Of a stretch of 56,810 bases of DNA, positions 16,455-25,925 are shown piece by piece (within the stretch, counting starts at the first letter, position 1; every line of letters starts with the position of its first letter). The notes below the pieces were generated by a model, which was not told where the DNA came from, ran no database searches, and saw nothing but the letters and a program-made list of their open reading frames with translations. A program made the translations under genes and the position numbers. Where the stretch lies: positions 1-56,810 of IMG/VR virus record IMGVR_UViG_3300013093_000003; one strand, given 5' to 3'. This stretch comes from a virus. Lineage: Duplodnaviria > Caudoviricetes.

Positions 16455-17039
16455 ATGGCTGAAGCAACTGCTGCCCAAATTCGCGCTGCCGAGCTCCTAG
16501 AGACGCTCTGGCATGACGGCGAAATCGGTGAACGAATCCAGAAGGCCGCTAAGGCCAAATGGGATGATGTTAAGACGACCGGCGAAGCATTCGCGCCGAT
16601 TGTCGCCCCGTTGAAAGCAGGCCAAGACGCGCTTGCCGCAGAGTTGAAAGCTATTCGTGAAGAACGTGCTGCCGAACGCAAGGCAAACGAAGACCGCGAA
16701 AACGAAGTTCAGAAAAAGACATTTCAGGCGTCGCTCGAAGACGCTCGAAAGAGCTACAACTTGACGGAAGAAGGCTTCGACAAGATGGTCGAACGCATGA
16801 AGACGACAAGCAACTACTCCGACCCCGAAGCCGCCGCTGCGTGGGTTGCGTCCAAGACACCACCTGTCCGCGTGGACGGGCCAACATTCGGGCCGCAGTC
16901 TTTGAACCTTTACGGTTCGCAGAAGGCAGACGAGAACATGGCCTCTCTGCACCGCGACCCACAGCGCTACATGGATGAACAGTTGAGCGAATTTGTTCGT
17001 GACCCTGATCGTTATGTCCGCGAAACGATGGGCGGCTGA
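16455..17039 (+). CDS. Putative scaffolding protein
   Basis: Charged coiled-coil protein upstream of the major capsid gene. Confidence 0.6.
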   Translation: MAEATAAQIRAAELLETLWHDGEIGERIQKAAKAKWDDVKTTGEAFAPIVAPLKAGQDALAAELKAIREERAAERKANEDRENEVQKKTFQASLEDARKSYNLTEEGFDKMVERMKTTSNYSDPEAAAAWVASKTPPVRVDGPTFGPQSLNLYGSQKADENMASLHRDPQRYMDEQLSEFVRDPDRYVRETMGG

Positions 17040-17041
17040 TG

Positions 17042-17800
17042 TCAATCTTTGGCCTTAATCAGTTTGAATCCAAGCCGACTCGCGAAATCCGCGTAGTCGG
17101 TGAGGATTTTTATAGCGAATCCGACTTGATCGGAAACGCGCTGACCGGGGCCGTGGTTACTCAGGAACAGTTCAAGGTTTTCAATCCGGTTGTCGGCTCT
17201 ATTCCCGTTGACGTGGTGAACAGTCTCCCCTTTACGAAGCTCACGTCCGATATGCTGCTCCATGACATACCGATGTTCGAGAACGTTTCGGGAAGGGGCT
17301 CCGTCTACCCCAGTAATGGTGATACGCATATACCCGTGTCTAGCCAAGACAGGAACGGGAACGCGATCTTTGTTGGCAACTTGCATCTGTATTCTTCGCC
17401 GCATACTTTTACATACCGCACTACAAAGAAACTTTTTGGTGTTTATGTAGCCGTCGGTTCTTATGAATACGGGAACGTCTTTTCCGCATTGATCGCACGA
17501 TCTTTGCCAATTTTCAGGTTTAAATCTTCGGCCTTTTCCGCTGCAATCAATCGAGCAGTAGATAGGGTCTTTGCCATGCAATTTACGGTAACTTCTCAGT
17601 TCTCCTGGATTGCGGCTAAACGGTTTGCTACACTCTTTGCACTCGAAAGCGATAGGTGTGACAGTAGAGTTAGGTCGCCCATGCACTTTTTCATGAGCCC
17701 TATAGCAGTCTTTGCTGCAAAATTTTCTTCCTTCTCGGGCAAACCGATTAGTAGTTGTAAAAGTTTTGTCGCATTGCTGGCAAATAACGTCCGTCGGCAT
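17042..17800 (-). CDS. HNH homing endonuclease with repeated CxxC...F/YCSxxC zinc fingers
   Basis: EHRYVME..IGR.L...ETVHHVNGNRADNRIENLEL plus three N-terminal zinc-finger repeats. Confidence 0.9.
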   Translation of the reverse strand: MPTDVICQQCDKTFTTTNRFAREGRKFCSKDCYRAHEKVHGRPNSTVTPIAFECKECSKPFSRNPGELRSYRKLHGKDPIYCSIDCSGKGRRFKPENWQRSCDQCGKDVPVFIRTDGYINTKKFLCSAVCKSMRRRIQMQVANKDRVPVPVLARHGYMRITITGVDGAPSRNVLEHRYVMEQHIGRELRKGETVHHVNGNRADNRIENLELFLSNHGPGQRVSDQVGFAIKILTDYADFASRLGFKLIKAKD

Positions 17801-17883
17801 GGTTTACTCCGGTTGATTGGCACTAACTATCAATACAGGGCTCCTCACGCCTTGGCAACTGAAATATTTGAAGGAGTCGCCTA

Positions 17884-18954
17884 ATGGCATACCCAACATC
17901 ACCTGTTGGCACCTTGACCGGATCGGGCATTACGCCCTCTGGGGCGTTAGGAGCCCAACTTGCAGCCATCACACGCCGGGCTTTTTTGCCAAGCGTCTAC
18001 GTCCAAGTTTACCAGTCACACCCATTATTGAGCCTGTTTATGGCCAATGCGAAGGCCGCTCGCGGCGGTGTATCGCAGATTACCGTTCCGGTTCAGGGTT
18101 CTTCTTTCGTCTCCTTCAACTGGGGCAGCTTTGCGGGTGACTTCCCGATGCCGCAAGATCAGGCGGCAATCCAGAACGCCCAGTTCTCCTTGAAGCTCGG
18201 CATGGTGCCAATCGGATTCTTCGGCATGGAAGCAATCTTGCAGTCCTCCGAAGTTGTTATCCCCAAGCTGCGCGCCGTCATGTCTGACGCTGCCGTGGTC
18301 ATCAAGCAGGCTTACGCGCAGTCGCTCTACAGCAACAACTACGCAAACCCGCAGATGTGGGATTCTTTGACGCAGGCTTACGACGACGGCACCAACGTCC
18401 CGTCCTACGGCGGCATTGCTCGTAATCCCGGTTCGTTCTGGTCTGGCCAGCTTATCAACAACACCGGCGCAGCGGCGACAACCCGCGTTGGCATGGCGCA
18501 GCTTCTCACCCGCATTCAGGCTGGTGCAGGCGGCGAAGCTCCGGACTACGCTGTCATGAACCCTGCCAACTGGGCGGAACTGATGACCGACTTTATGTCG
18601 CTCGAAATGTTCACCACGAAGCCTCGTTCGATCTACGAAAAAGAAGATGCGGTCAATGCGGGCTTCCGCGCTATCCGCGTTCTCGATACTCCGATCTTCC
18701 CAGACCCCTTCTGCCCACTCGGAACCTGCATCGTCGTAAACAGCCGCTACACCGGCCTGTATATGTCGGAATACGCGCCTATGACCTTCTCCGGCTTTGA
18801 AAGCCAGATCGCGGTAGGCCAGATTTCAGACATTGGCGTGCTCATCTCCGCAGCCGATCTGGTTTGCGCGAAGCCTTCATCCGGTGCTCAGATCACCAAC
18901 ATCACTGGCGCCGCATGGCCCAACGTTCCGGGCACCTCGCCCGCCGTTCTTTAA
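17884..18954 (+). CDS. Major capsid protein
   Basis: 356 aa, AAGGAG RBS, strongly biased codons, position after scaffold, TPIFPDPFCP motif. Confidence 0.8.
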   Translation: MAYPTSPVGTLTGSGITPSGALGAQLAAITRRAFLPSVYVQVYQSHPLLSLFMANAKAARGGVSQITVPVQGSSFVSFNWGSFAGDFPMPQDQAAIQNAQFSLKLGMVPIGFFGMEAILQSSEVVIPKLRAVMSDAAVVIKQAYAQSLYSNNYANPQMWDSLTQAYDDGTNVPSYGGIARNPGSFWSGQLINNTGAAATTRVGMAQLLTRIQAGAGGEAPDYAVMNPANWAELMTDFMSLEMFTTKPRSIYEKEDAVNAGFRAIRVLDTPIFPDPFCPLGTCIVVNSRYTGLYMSEYAPMTFSGFESQIAVGQISDIGVLISAADLVCAKPSSGAQITNITGAAWPNVPGTSPAVL

Positions 18955-18967
18955 GGAGTATTGAACT

Positions 18968-20053
18968 ATGGGTCTTTTTTCAGGTAGCGGTCTTACACCT
19001 TCCCTTAAAGGTGTTGTTTCTAACGTCTACAACTTGAATGCCGGACAGGTTCAGATCATTTCACCAGCAGGCTGGTATGCTATGGTCTTGAGCAAGTATC
19101 ACGTCATTCAGCAATATGACCCGATCACGACAACGTGGCGTGCTGTCGGTAACAGCGGCGACGGCGCTTCCATCCAGTATCAGTATTCTGATGGTGTAAA
19201 CTACCGCGTTGCCAACCAGACAGGCGCACTCGTCGGCGCTCTCATCACCAACGCCGGTTCGGGTTACATTTCGGCTCCGGTTGTGACCGCTTCGGCGGGC
19301 GGCTCGATCTGGAAGGCCATCGTCGGCGGCGCGATTAACACCACTGTCACCGTGACAAACGGCGGCGTTGGCTATACCTACGCGCCAGCCGTGCAGATTG
19401 CAGCCCCGCCAGCAGGCGGCATTCAGGCAACAGCCTATGCCACTTTGACTTCCGGTGTTGTGACTTCTGTCACCGTGACCGATCAGGGTGCGGGTTATGC
19501 TTCGCCTCCAATCATCACTTTCGTGAACGACCCCCGCGAAGGCGTGAACGGTATCCCGACTGGTTACAACGCGGCGGCTATCACCACTTTGACAGGTGCG
19601 GGCACAATCACAGGTCTTCTCTGCACTGACCACGGTCAGGGCGGTTTGACCGCATTGCCTACTCTGTCCTTCGCGGGCGGCGGCGGCACCTCGGCTGCGG
19701 CAACCGGCATCATGTGCTGGACAATCACTGCTTACGCAGCGGGCACAGCAGGCGCAGGTCTGGCGGGCTCCGTTGCACGTATCACAGCAGAAGATGCGTT
19801 CCCAACCACAGCTTCGGCTTATGTGAACACCACCACGCAGTCTAACTGGGTCAACACCCGTGCTGCCGATATTAAAGCCCCGATCTCCGGTGCCGGCATT
19901 ACAGCAACAGGTCAGGTGATTTACGACGGCGGTATCTACACTTCGGTTCCAACTCCGATTGTCATTCCGACCGCCTCCATCATCACCACTGCCCCCGTCG
20001 TGACATTCACAATGGGCGGCGCAAACGGTGCAACATACCTTACACAGATTTAA
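18968..20053 (+). CDS. Capsid decoration or minor structural protein with T(N/D)xGxGY repeats
   Basis: Follows the MCP with AAGGAG RBS; repeats ITNAGSGY, VTNGGVGY, VTDQGAGY. Confidence 0.65.
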   Translation: MGLFSGSGLTPSLKGVVSNVYNLNAGQVQIISPAGWYAMVLSKYHVIQQYDPITTTWRAVGNSGDGASIQYQYSDGVNYRVANQTGALVGALITNAGSGYISAPVVTASAGGSIWKAIVGGAINTTVTVTNGGVGYTYAPAVQIAAPPAGGIQATAYATLTSGVVTSVTVTDQGAGYASPPIITFVNDPREGVNGIPTGYNAAAITTLTGAGTITGLLCTDHGQGGLTALPTLSFAGGGGTSAAATGIMCWTITAYAAGTAGAGLAGSVARITAEDAFPTTASAYVNTTTQSNWVNTRAADIKAPISGAGITATGQVIYDGGIYTSVPTPIVIPTASIITTAPVVTFTMGGANGATYLTQI

Positions 20054-20076
20054 TTCTGTCTGATATGTGGTAATGT

Positions 20077-20114
20077 AATCCCGCGCCTGCGGATAAAGCG
20101 GGCGCGGGATTTTT
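20077..20114 (+). terminator. Intrinsic terminator after the capsid genes
   Basis: AATCCCGCGCC...GGCGCGGGATT followed by TTT. Confidence 0.75.
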
Positions 20115-20131
20115 CATTTTAAGGCGACCCC

Positions 20132-21004
20132 ATGCTTCTAAGTATGTATCTGAACGACACTGCGGCGCTGATGAACGATTCAAGTTTCACGTTCACGTCA
20201 AAGCCCCAGATGATTCGGTGGATAAACGAGGCCAGAACCGAATGCGCGCGCCGCACCGGCTGCGTTCGCCGTCTTATTACGGGGCAGTCGGCCTTTGGCG
20301 CCAGCACACAGCCGGGGTTTCTCATACCGGGCGGTGCGCAGCCCGGAAGCTTGCCCGGTGCTTTTCCGCAGTCCTCATCAACAACGGGTCTGACCAGCGA
20401 CTTTAACAACAACTTCAGCGCAGATTTCACCGCGTCTCCGACAACGCCCGTCGGGGTTGTCGGGGCTGTGCAAAACGCGATGATGACCATTCCTGGTGTC
20501 GAGCGTTACCCGTATGCAGGGTTTTTCAACCCGCAACTTCGCGCCCAGCACGCCGGAACAGATCGGGTCACAGATACAATCGCCTGTTCGGTGAACTGGG
20601 GCGGCGCGTCTCGACCTACCTTAGACTGGATGCCTTGGGATGATCTACAGGCTTACGCCCGCGCTTACGCGGTGCTAAACGAGTCTTACCCCTCGGTTTG
20701 GTCGGTCTACAACGACGGGCCGCAAGGCGAAATCTGGATGTTTCCTGTCCCGTCTCAGGTCGGTGAAATCGAACTTGACGTCTTCGCATCACCCGCTAAT
20801 CTGAACACCGACAGCGACTATGACGTCATACCCGAAGGGTTCAGCGATGCAATTAAATTCGGCGCAGCCAAACTGTGCTATATGTCGTCGAACCGTTTTG
20901 CGCAAGCGCAGATGATGGAAGACACGTTTGCGGATAGCATGGGCGTCGCCCGTGTTTCGGCTGACCGAGGAAAAGCGCCTTCTTACTACTTTAGGAATGT
21001 TTGA
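20132..21004 (+). CDS. Putative head-tail adaptor (tail tubular A-like)
   Basis: RWINEAR near the N-terminus, IWMFPVP and IPEGFSDAI motifs; position. Confidence 0.6.
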   Translation: MLLSMYLNDTAALMNDSSFTFTSKPQMIRWINEARTECARRTGCVRRLITGQSAFGASTQPGFLIPGGAQPGSLPGAFPQSSSTTGLTSDFNNNFSADFTASPTTPVGVVGAVQNAMMTIPGVERYPYAGFFNPQLRAQHAGTDRVTDTIACSVNWGGASRPTLDWMPWDDLQAYARAYAVLNESYPSVWSVYNDGPQGEIWMFPVPSQVGEIELDVFASPANLNTDSDYDVIPEGFSDAIKFGAAKLCYMSSNRFAQAQMMEDTFADSMGVARVSADRGKAPSYYFRNV

Positions 21005-21234
21005 TGCTGCACGACCGCACGGCTTCTGTTTTGTCGCTCGCCCGCACTGTTCGCGCAGGGCTGGATTCACGCGACGTTGAATCGAAGGTTACGACAGCCA
21101 CACTTATTTTGCTTCTGGACACGCTGATTGATCTCGGCGTCTCGGCGGGGTCTGTTAAAGTGGCCGAATCCGCGAACAGAACGGTGATGGGCCAAATGTC
21201 CTCTATGACGATGCACGGTGGCCGCAATGGCTAG
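21001..21234 (+). CDS. Hypothetical protein
   Basis: Overlaps both neighbours. Confidence 0.55.
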   Translation: MMLHDRTASVLSLARTVRAGLDSRDVESKVTTATLILLLDTLIDLGVSAGSVKVAESANRTVMGQMSSMTMHGGRNG

Positions 21235-23785
21235 AGACCCGCAACTTTCGCAGAAAGCTTCGGAACAACTGGGCTTACCGCCCGGCTTCAAAGCCTATTC
21301 GCCTTTTCCGTTTTCGGGCATGAACACGCAATCGTCGTCTATTGCAATGGCCGACAACGAGTTCGCTTACATCGAGAATTTCGTGAAGCTGGGCGACGGC
21401 AAATTGCGCACGCTTTGGGACGTCGGGACTTCGGCCTACACGGCGCCAACAGGCTTGACCATAGTTTATTATATGTTCTACACGCTGGGGTCGAGCTACT
21501 ATTGCGCAATATTTCTGTCTGACGGGTCGGCTGTCCAGCTCAACATGACGACTGCCGCGCAGTTATCTATCGCGCCCGCGGGCACGTTCTATCAGTCCGC
21601 CACAGGCTACGTTCCCTACGCGAAACAGTGGGGCTCAACCTATCTCCTTATCTCCAACCGCAACACCCAAAACGATTATTGGGTGTGGGACGGAGCTCTG
21701 CTTTACGGGGCGGGCACAATAGGGCCAAACTCCGCGGTGCTGACGTCAAGCGGGTTTAACTATACGTCCGCGCCCGGTGTCATCGCGGTTGGCGGCAGCG
21801 GAACAGGAATACTTGTTCAAGCGGCGGTCAGCGGCGGGTCGGTCGTTCAACTTCAAATATTAAACCCCGGCACAGGATACTTGCCGGGCGATGTGGTGCA
21901 GCTCTTGTTCACAGGCGGCAGCACGGCATCGAGCGCTGTTCTAGTGGCCCGTCTTGCAGCAGGAACAGTCGCAGGCGTGTCAATCTCATCGGGCGGAACG
22001 GGCTATTCAGCGTCTTTTGCAGTTACGTTCACGGGCGGCGGGGGCACAGGAGCGGCGGCAACTGCGACAGCGGTCAGCGGTGTGGTAACAAACGTCACAA
22101 TCACGAATGCGGGGTCTGGCTACACTTCGGCACCCTCTGTAAGCTTTTCGCTCGGCGGCGGAACAGGCGCTGTCGGCGTGGCGTCCCTTGCGCCGACAGG
22201 CGTCGGTTCTGTTACGGTTACGAACGGCGGCAGCGGGTTTACGTCGGTTCCTTTGCTTTCAGTGTCGGGTGGCGGCGGGTCTGGCGCAACCGCGATTGCC
22301 GTTCTAACGCCGACATCTATCGCAACGGTCAATTTGACGGCGGGCGGTTCGAACTACACTTCGGCACCGACAATAAGTTTCACGGGCGGGAACTCGTCGA
22401 ACACAGGCGGCGGCGCAACGGCAACTGCGGTAATGGCGGGCAACTCGGTTGCGGCCATTACGCTTACCAATGCAGGCTCCGGCATAACAGCGCCAGTGCA
22501 AGCGGTGTTCAGCGGAGGCGGCGGCTCTGGCGCTGGGGCAACTATCATCTTTGTTCCGACGTCTATCGCGTCCGTCACGGTGTCCAGCACAGGCCAATAC
22601 TACGTCAATGCGCCCAGCGTGACCGTTCAACCCGGCGCAAGTCCTGCCGCCTCTGCTACGTTGTCGCTTATGCCTTACGGGGTGTCGGGCTCCGCGATGG
22701 AAACTTTCTTGTCCCGAGTCTGGTTGGTCAACCCCGCAACGCAACAGTATTCCACAATCCCAGCAGGTAATTTATATTCGGTCAGCGCGCCGGGGTCTGT
22801 TACAGACTTTGCAACATCCGACGGCGGCGTGCAGGGGCTTAACACCGACGCGTTCTTGCAAACAAAATACGTCAATGTCCGGCAATCGAGCGGCTACCTT
22901 TATTTCTTCGGAGATGGTTCGGTCAGCGTGGTTTCGAACGTTACGTCTGCGGGGTCGCCCGTCACGACCACGTATAACTATCAGAACGTAGACCCGCAAA
23001 TCGGGTTGTCGTTCCGCGATTCATTACAGGATTTTGGCCGTTCGACAATCTTGATGAACGAAACCGGTGTTTACGGTCTTTACGGCGGAGCGGTCACGAA
23101 AATATCGGCCAAGATGGACGCCGTGTTCGACAATGCCGTTTTCCCAGTCAACGGCGGGATAACGCCGTCGGCTGCGATCGCCACGGTTCACGAAGTCAAA
23201 CACTACTTTAGTCTTATGACGATCGTAGACCCCGACACGAACGTGTCTAGAAATGTCATGGTGGCGTGGAATGAAAAAGATTGGACAATCGCGTCGCAAA
23301 GCGTGTCGTTTACGGCCATAGCCACGCAGAAAATCGGCAGTCAATATCTGGCTTGGGGGACAGACGGGTCAAAGCTCTACCCGATGTTCAACACACCCTC
23401 GTCAAATCTGACGAAGCGCTTAGACACAAAAATCTACGGCACTGATCGAATGTTTATCCAAAAGCAGGCGTTGTCTACGTGGATGCAAGCGCAAGACAAT
23501 TCTCCGAACCAGTCAGGGGTTAGCGGAACGCTCTCGCTGGCAGTGTCCGGCATTGCCACTTTGACCAACCAGAACGCCCCAGCCTTGACAAATGGCGTGT
23601 ATTACACGTTTAATGTGCAGCCAAGTTTTCAGGCTCCTTCGTCGTTCTGGCCATTGTGGGGAACGTCAATGGGCGGTATCTATTTCGGTGCTGCCGGTAT
23701 CCGCATGTCGTCCAATTCACCGGATTTCACTTTAGGCAATCTCGTCATAGGCTACACAGACGTAGCAGCATATTACGGGCAATAG
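21227..23785 (+). CDS. Putative tail nozzle/stabilisation protein with inserted TNxGSGY repeat domains
   Basis: FSGMNT N-terminus, beta-rich, follows the adaptor; central Gly-rich repeats. Confidence 0.65.
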   Translation: MARDPQLSQKASEQLGLPPGFKAYSPFPFSGMNTQSSSIAMADNEFAYIENFVKLGDGKLRTLWDVGTSAYTAPTGLTIVYYMFYTLGSSYYCAIFLSDGSAVQLNMTTAAQLSIAPAGTFYQSATGYVPYAKQWGSTYLLISNRNTQNDYWVWDGALLYGAGTIGPNSAVLTSSGFNYTSAPGVIAVGGSGTGILVQAAVSGGSVVQLQILNPGTGYLPGDVVQLLFTGGSTASSAVLVARLAAGTVAGVSISSGGTGYSASFAVTFTGGGGTGAAATATAVSGVVTNVTITNAGSGYTSAPSVSFSLGGGTGAVGVASLAPTGVGSVTVTNGGSGFTSVPLLSVSGGGGSGATAIAVLTPTSIATVNLTAGGSNYTSAPTISFTGGNSSNTGGGATATAVMAGNSVAAITLTNAGSGITAPVQAVFSGGGGSGAGATIIFVPTSIASVTVSSTGQYYVNAPSVTVQPGASPAASATLSLMPYGVSGSAMETFLSRVWLVNPATQQYSTIPAGNLYSVSAPGSVTDFATSDGGVQGLNTDAFLQTKYVNVRQSSGYLYFFGDGSVSVVSNVTSAGSPVTTTYNYQNVDPQIGLSFRDSLQDFGRSTILMNETGVYGLYGGAVTKISAKMDAVFDNAVFPVNGGITPSAAIATVHEVKHYFSLMTIVDPDTNVSRNVMVAWNEKDWTIASQSVSFTAIATQKIGSQYLAWGTDGSKLYPMFNTPSSNLTKRLDTKIYGTDRMFIQKQALSTWMQAQDNSPNQSGVSGTLSLAVSGIATLTNQNAPALTNGVYYTFNVQPSFQAPSSFWPLWGTSMGGIYFGAAGIRMSSNSPDFTLGNLVIGYTDVAAYYGQ

Positions 23786-23794
23786 GAGTAAAAC

Positions 23795-24001
23795 ATGGCC
23801 AAGAAAACACCAAACCAACCGAAACTCGATTTCGAAAAGCTTATTCAGGCGGGTGAACATCCTGCCGGTTTCACGTCGCAGACGGTCAACGGCACCGCAC
23901 ATTATAAGGGCGGCGGCTGGAATAAGCAGTGGAACTGGGACGAGGGCGCACCACAGGTCGAACAAAAAGGCGCGTGGAACGGCAACCGGACAGGTGAGTG
24001 A
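23795..24001 (+). CDS. Hypothetical protein
   Basis: AGGAG RBS. Confidence 0.6.
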   Translation: MAKKTPNQPKLDFEKLIQAGEHPAGFTSQTVNGTAHYKGGGWNKQWNWDEGAPQVEQKGAWNGNRTGE

Positions 24002-24333
24002 TGCTGCCTGCGCTGGAAAATATCCCGCACACACCTGAAGATTGGAACCGTTTCGCGTTCGATCACCGCGACAGCCACAACCGGATTCGTGCCGGCATAC
24101 TGAAAAAGTATAATGTGGCTTTGAACGACTATCCGATAGACCCGATAAACCCAGACAGCATAAACAACTTTCTGGAATATAATTCGCAGCTTCACGGCGA
24201 CATGAACGGCGTCTTGAAGCTGCAAAGTTCCGATCTTCAGGACATTAACTTGCAAGACGAAAAGCAGTTAGCGTCATGGATACGGCTCCACTATTTAGAA
24301 CACTATTACGCCGAATCGGCTCTAGGAGTTTAG
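23998..24333 (+). CDS. Hypothetical tail-module protein
   Basis: Coupled to its neighbours; His-rich motifs. Confidence 0.65.
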   Translation: MMLPALENIPHTPEDWNRFAFDHRDSHNRIRAGILKKYNVALNDYPIDPINPDSINNFLEYNSQLHGDMNGVLKLQSSDLQDINLQDEKQLASWIRLHYLEHYYAESALGV

Positions 24334-24792
24334 ATGACGAAATTCAGTGTCGAGCCTTACACAAAGGCCATCGCGGATGCAAAGACAATGCTTATGGAGC
24401 ATTGGCAAGAACTTGCCGTCCATAAAGACATTCCCTTAGACCCCGATTTCGGGTTCTACGAAACAGCGGAGCGTATCGGCATCTTGACCGTTATCACGGC
24501 GCGAGACGACGCGACGAACGCTCTGATTGGCTACGCCGCTTTCATTGTAAGGCCGGGGCATATTCATTATAAGCGCCACAAATGGGCGATCAATGATATT
24601 GTCTGGGTGCACCCGAAACATCGAAATGCTGGCGTGGGCAAGTCTTTTGTTACATACTGGGATAACGAACTGAAAAACGCCGGTGTCGATGTGGTTCACA
24701 TCGGCACCAAAACGTCCAATCCGGCTCTGGCTTTCCTCCTTGGGGCTTGTGGCTACGCCAAGACTGGCGAAAACTACGAAAAGAGGCTCTGA
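24334..24792 (+). CDS. GNAT-family acetyltransferase
   Basis: VWVHPKHRNAGVG acetyl-CoA-binding motif A. Confidence 0.8.
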   Translation: MTKFSVEPYTKAIADAKTMLMEHWQELAVHKDIPLDPDFGFYETAERIGILTVITARDDATNALIGYAAFIVRPGHIHYKRHKWAINDIVWVHPKHRNAGVGKSFVTYWDNELKNAGVDVVHIGTKTSNPALAFLLGACGYAKTGENYEKRL

Positions 24793-25913
24793 TGGGTATC
24801 GAAGCAGCAATCGCCGCAATCGGCAGCGAACTGTCCGCTGGTGCGGCTGGTGTCGGGTCAGCATTGACCGCTGGTGCGGCTGACGTTGGGTCGGCTCTTG
24901 GGTTGAGCGGGGCTGCGGCGGGTGCTGATGCAGCCGCAGCAGGGACGGGTCTTGGCGTTGCCAGCGGCGGCGTGGACGCAGCAGGGGCTTTGACGGCAAC
25001 GGGTGCAGCCGACGCCGCAGCGGGTTTGGGCGCTTCGGCGCTTGGGGCTGATGCGCTCGGCACAGGCGCGAGCGCAGCGGGAACCGCCGCTGGCACCTTG
25101 GGGGCTACAGCCGCTCCCGCCGCTTCGGCTTTGACGGGCGGCGCAGCCACAGGCGCGACTTCAGCTTTGACAGGGGCGGCGGGTTCTGCGGCAGCGGGCG
25201 TTGCTCCAGCCGCAGCGTCGGCAGGCGGCGCGGCAGCAGGTGACATTGCGGGGTCTCTTGCGGGTGTCGATGCAGCAGGCGGCGCGGGTGCAGCCGCTCT
25301 CCCGACAGCGGGAACACTGGGGGCTTCGGGCGCTCCGTTGGCCTTGGCTGGCGCATCTGGTGTTCCTGCCGCTACGGTTCCTGCGGCGACGAGCTTAGGT
25401 TCGCAACTTAGCAGCCTCGGCGCGGATTTAATGACTCCTAAAATGCTTTTATCAGGTGCAGGTCTTGCCGCTAGCGCATTGTCAGGAAGTAAAAAACCCG
25501 CCGATTACGCGCAACTTCAGGCTTTAGCCGCGCAAGATCAGGCGCAAGGCACGCAATTACAAAGCTATTTGACTTCAGGCACTTTGCCGCCCGGCGTATC
25601 CGCAGGCTTACAATCCGCACATGACAGCGCTGCCGCAACAATTCGTTCGCAATATGCGTCTCGCGGGCAGAGCGGGTCAAGCGCCGAGGCACAAGACTTG
25701 GCAAACTTGGCCAGCACAACGGTTTCGCAAGGCGCAAACATTGCGTCAAATCTGTTGTCGCAAGGCATTCAGGAAAGCAATCTGGCGAGTGGCATCTACG
25801 AGAATTTGATGAAGACGTCTATATCGCAAGACGAAGCTCTATCCAACTCTATTGCAGGGTTTGCGGGCGCACTTGCGGGACAACCCGCAAAGACCCCGAC
25901 AACTTCCGCGTAA
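24792..25913 (+). CDS. Putative DNA ejection/pilot protein (Ala/Gly-rich)
   Basis: Ala/Gly-rich N-terminal half, ASRGQSGSS motif, TGATG coupling to the GNAT gene. Confidence 0.65.
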   Translation: MGIEAAIAAIGSELSAGAAGVGSALTAGAADVGSALGLSGAAAGADAAAAGTGLGVASGGVDAAGALTATGAADAAAGLGASALGADALGTGASAAGTAAGTLGATAAPAASALTGGAATGATSALTGAAGSAAAGVAPAAASAGGAAAGDIAGSLAGVDAAGGAGAAALPTAGTLGASGAPLALAGASGVPAATVPAATSLGSQLSSLGADLMTPKMLLSGAGLAASALSGSKKPADYAQLQALAAQDQAQGTQLQSYLTSGTLPPGVSAGLQSAHDSAAATIRSQYASRGQSGSSAEAQDLANLASTTVSQGANIASNLLSQGIQESNLASGIYENLMKTSISQDEALSNSIAGFAGALAGQPAKTPTTSA

Positions 25914-25925
25914 GGCAGAAACACA

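Noticed and set aside
24792-25430. Ala/Gly low-complexity region as a PE-PGRS or collagen-like repeat
   Set aside because: No Gly-X-Y periodicity; composition and position fit a podovirus pilot protein
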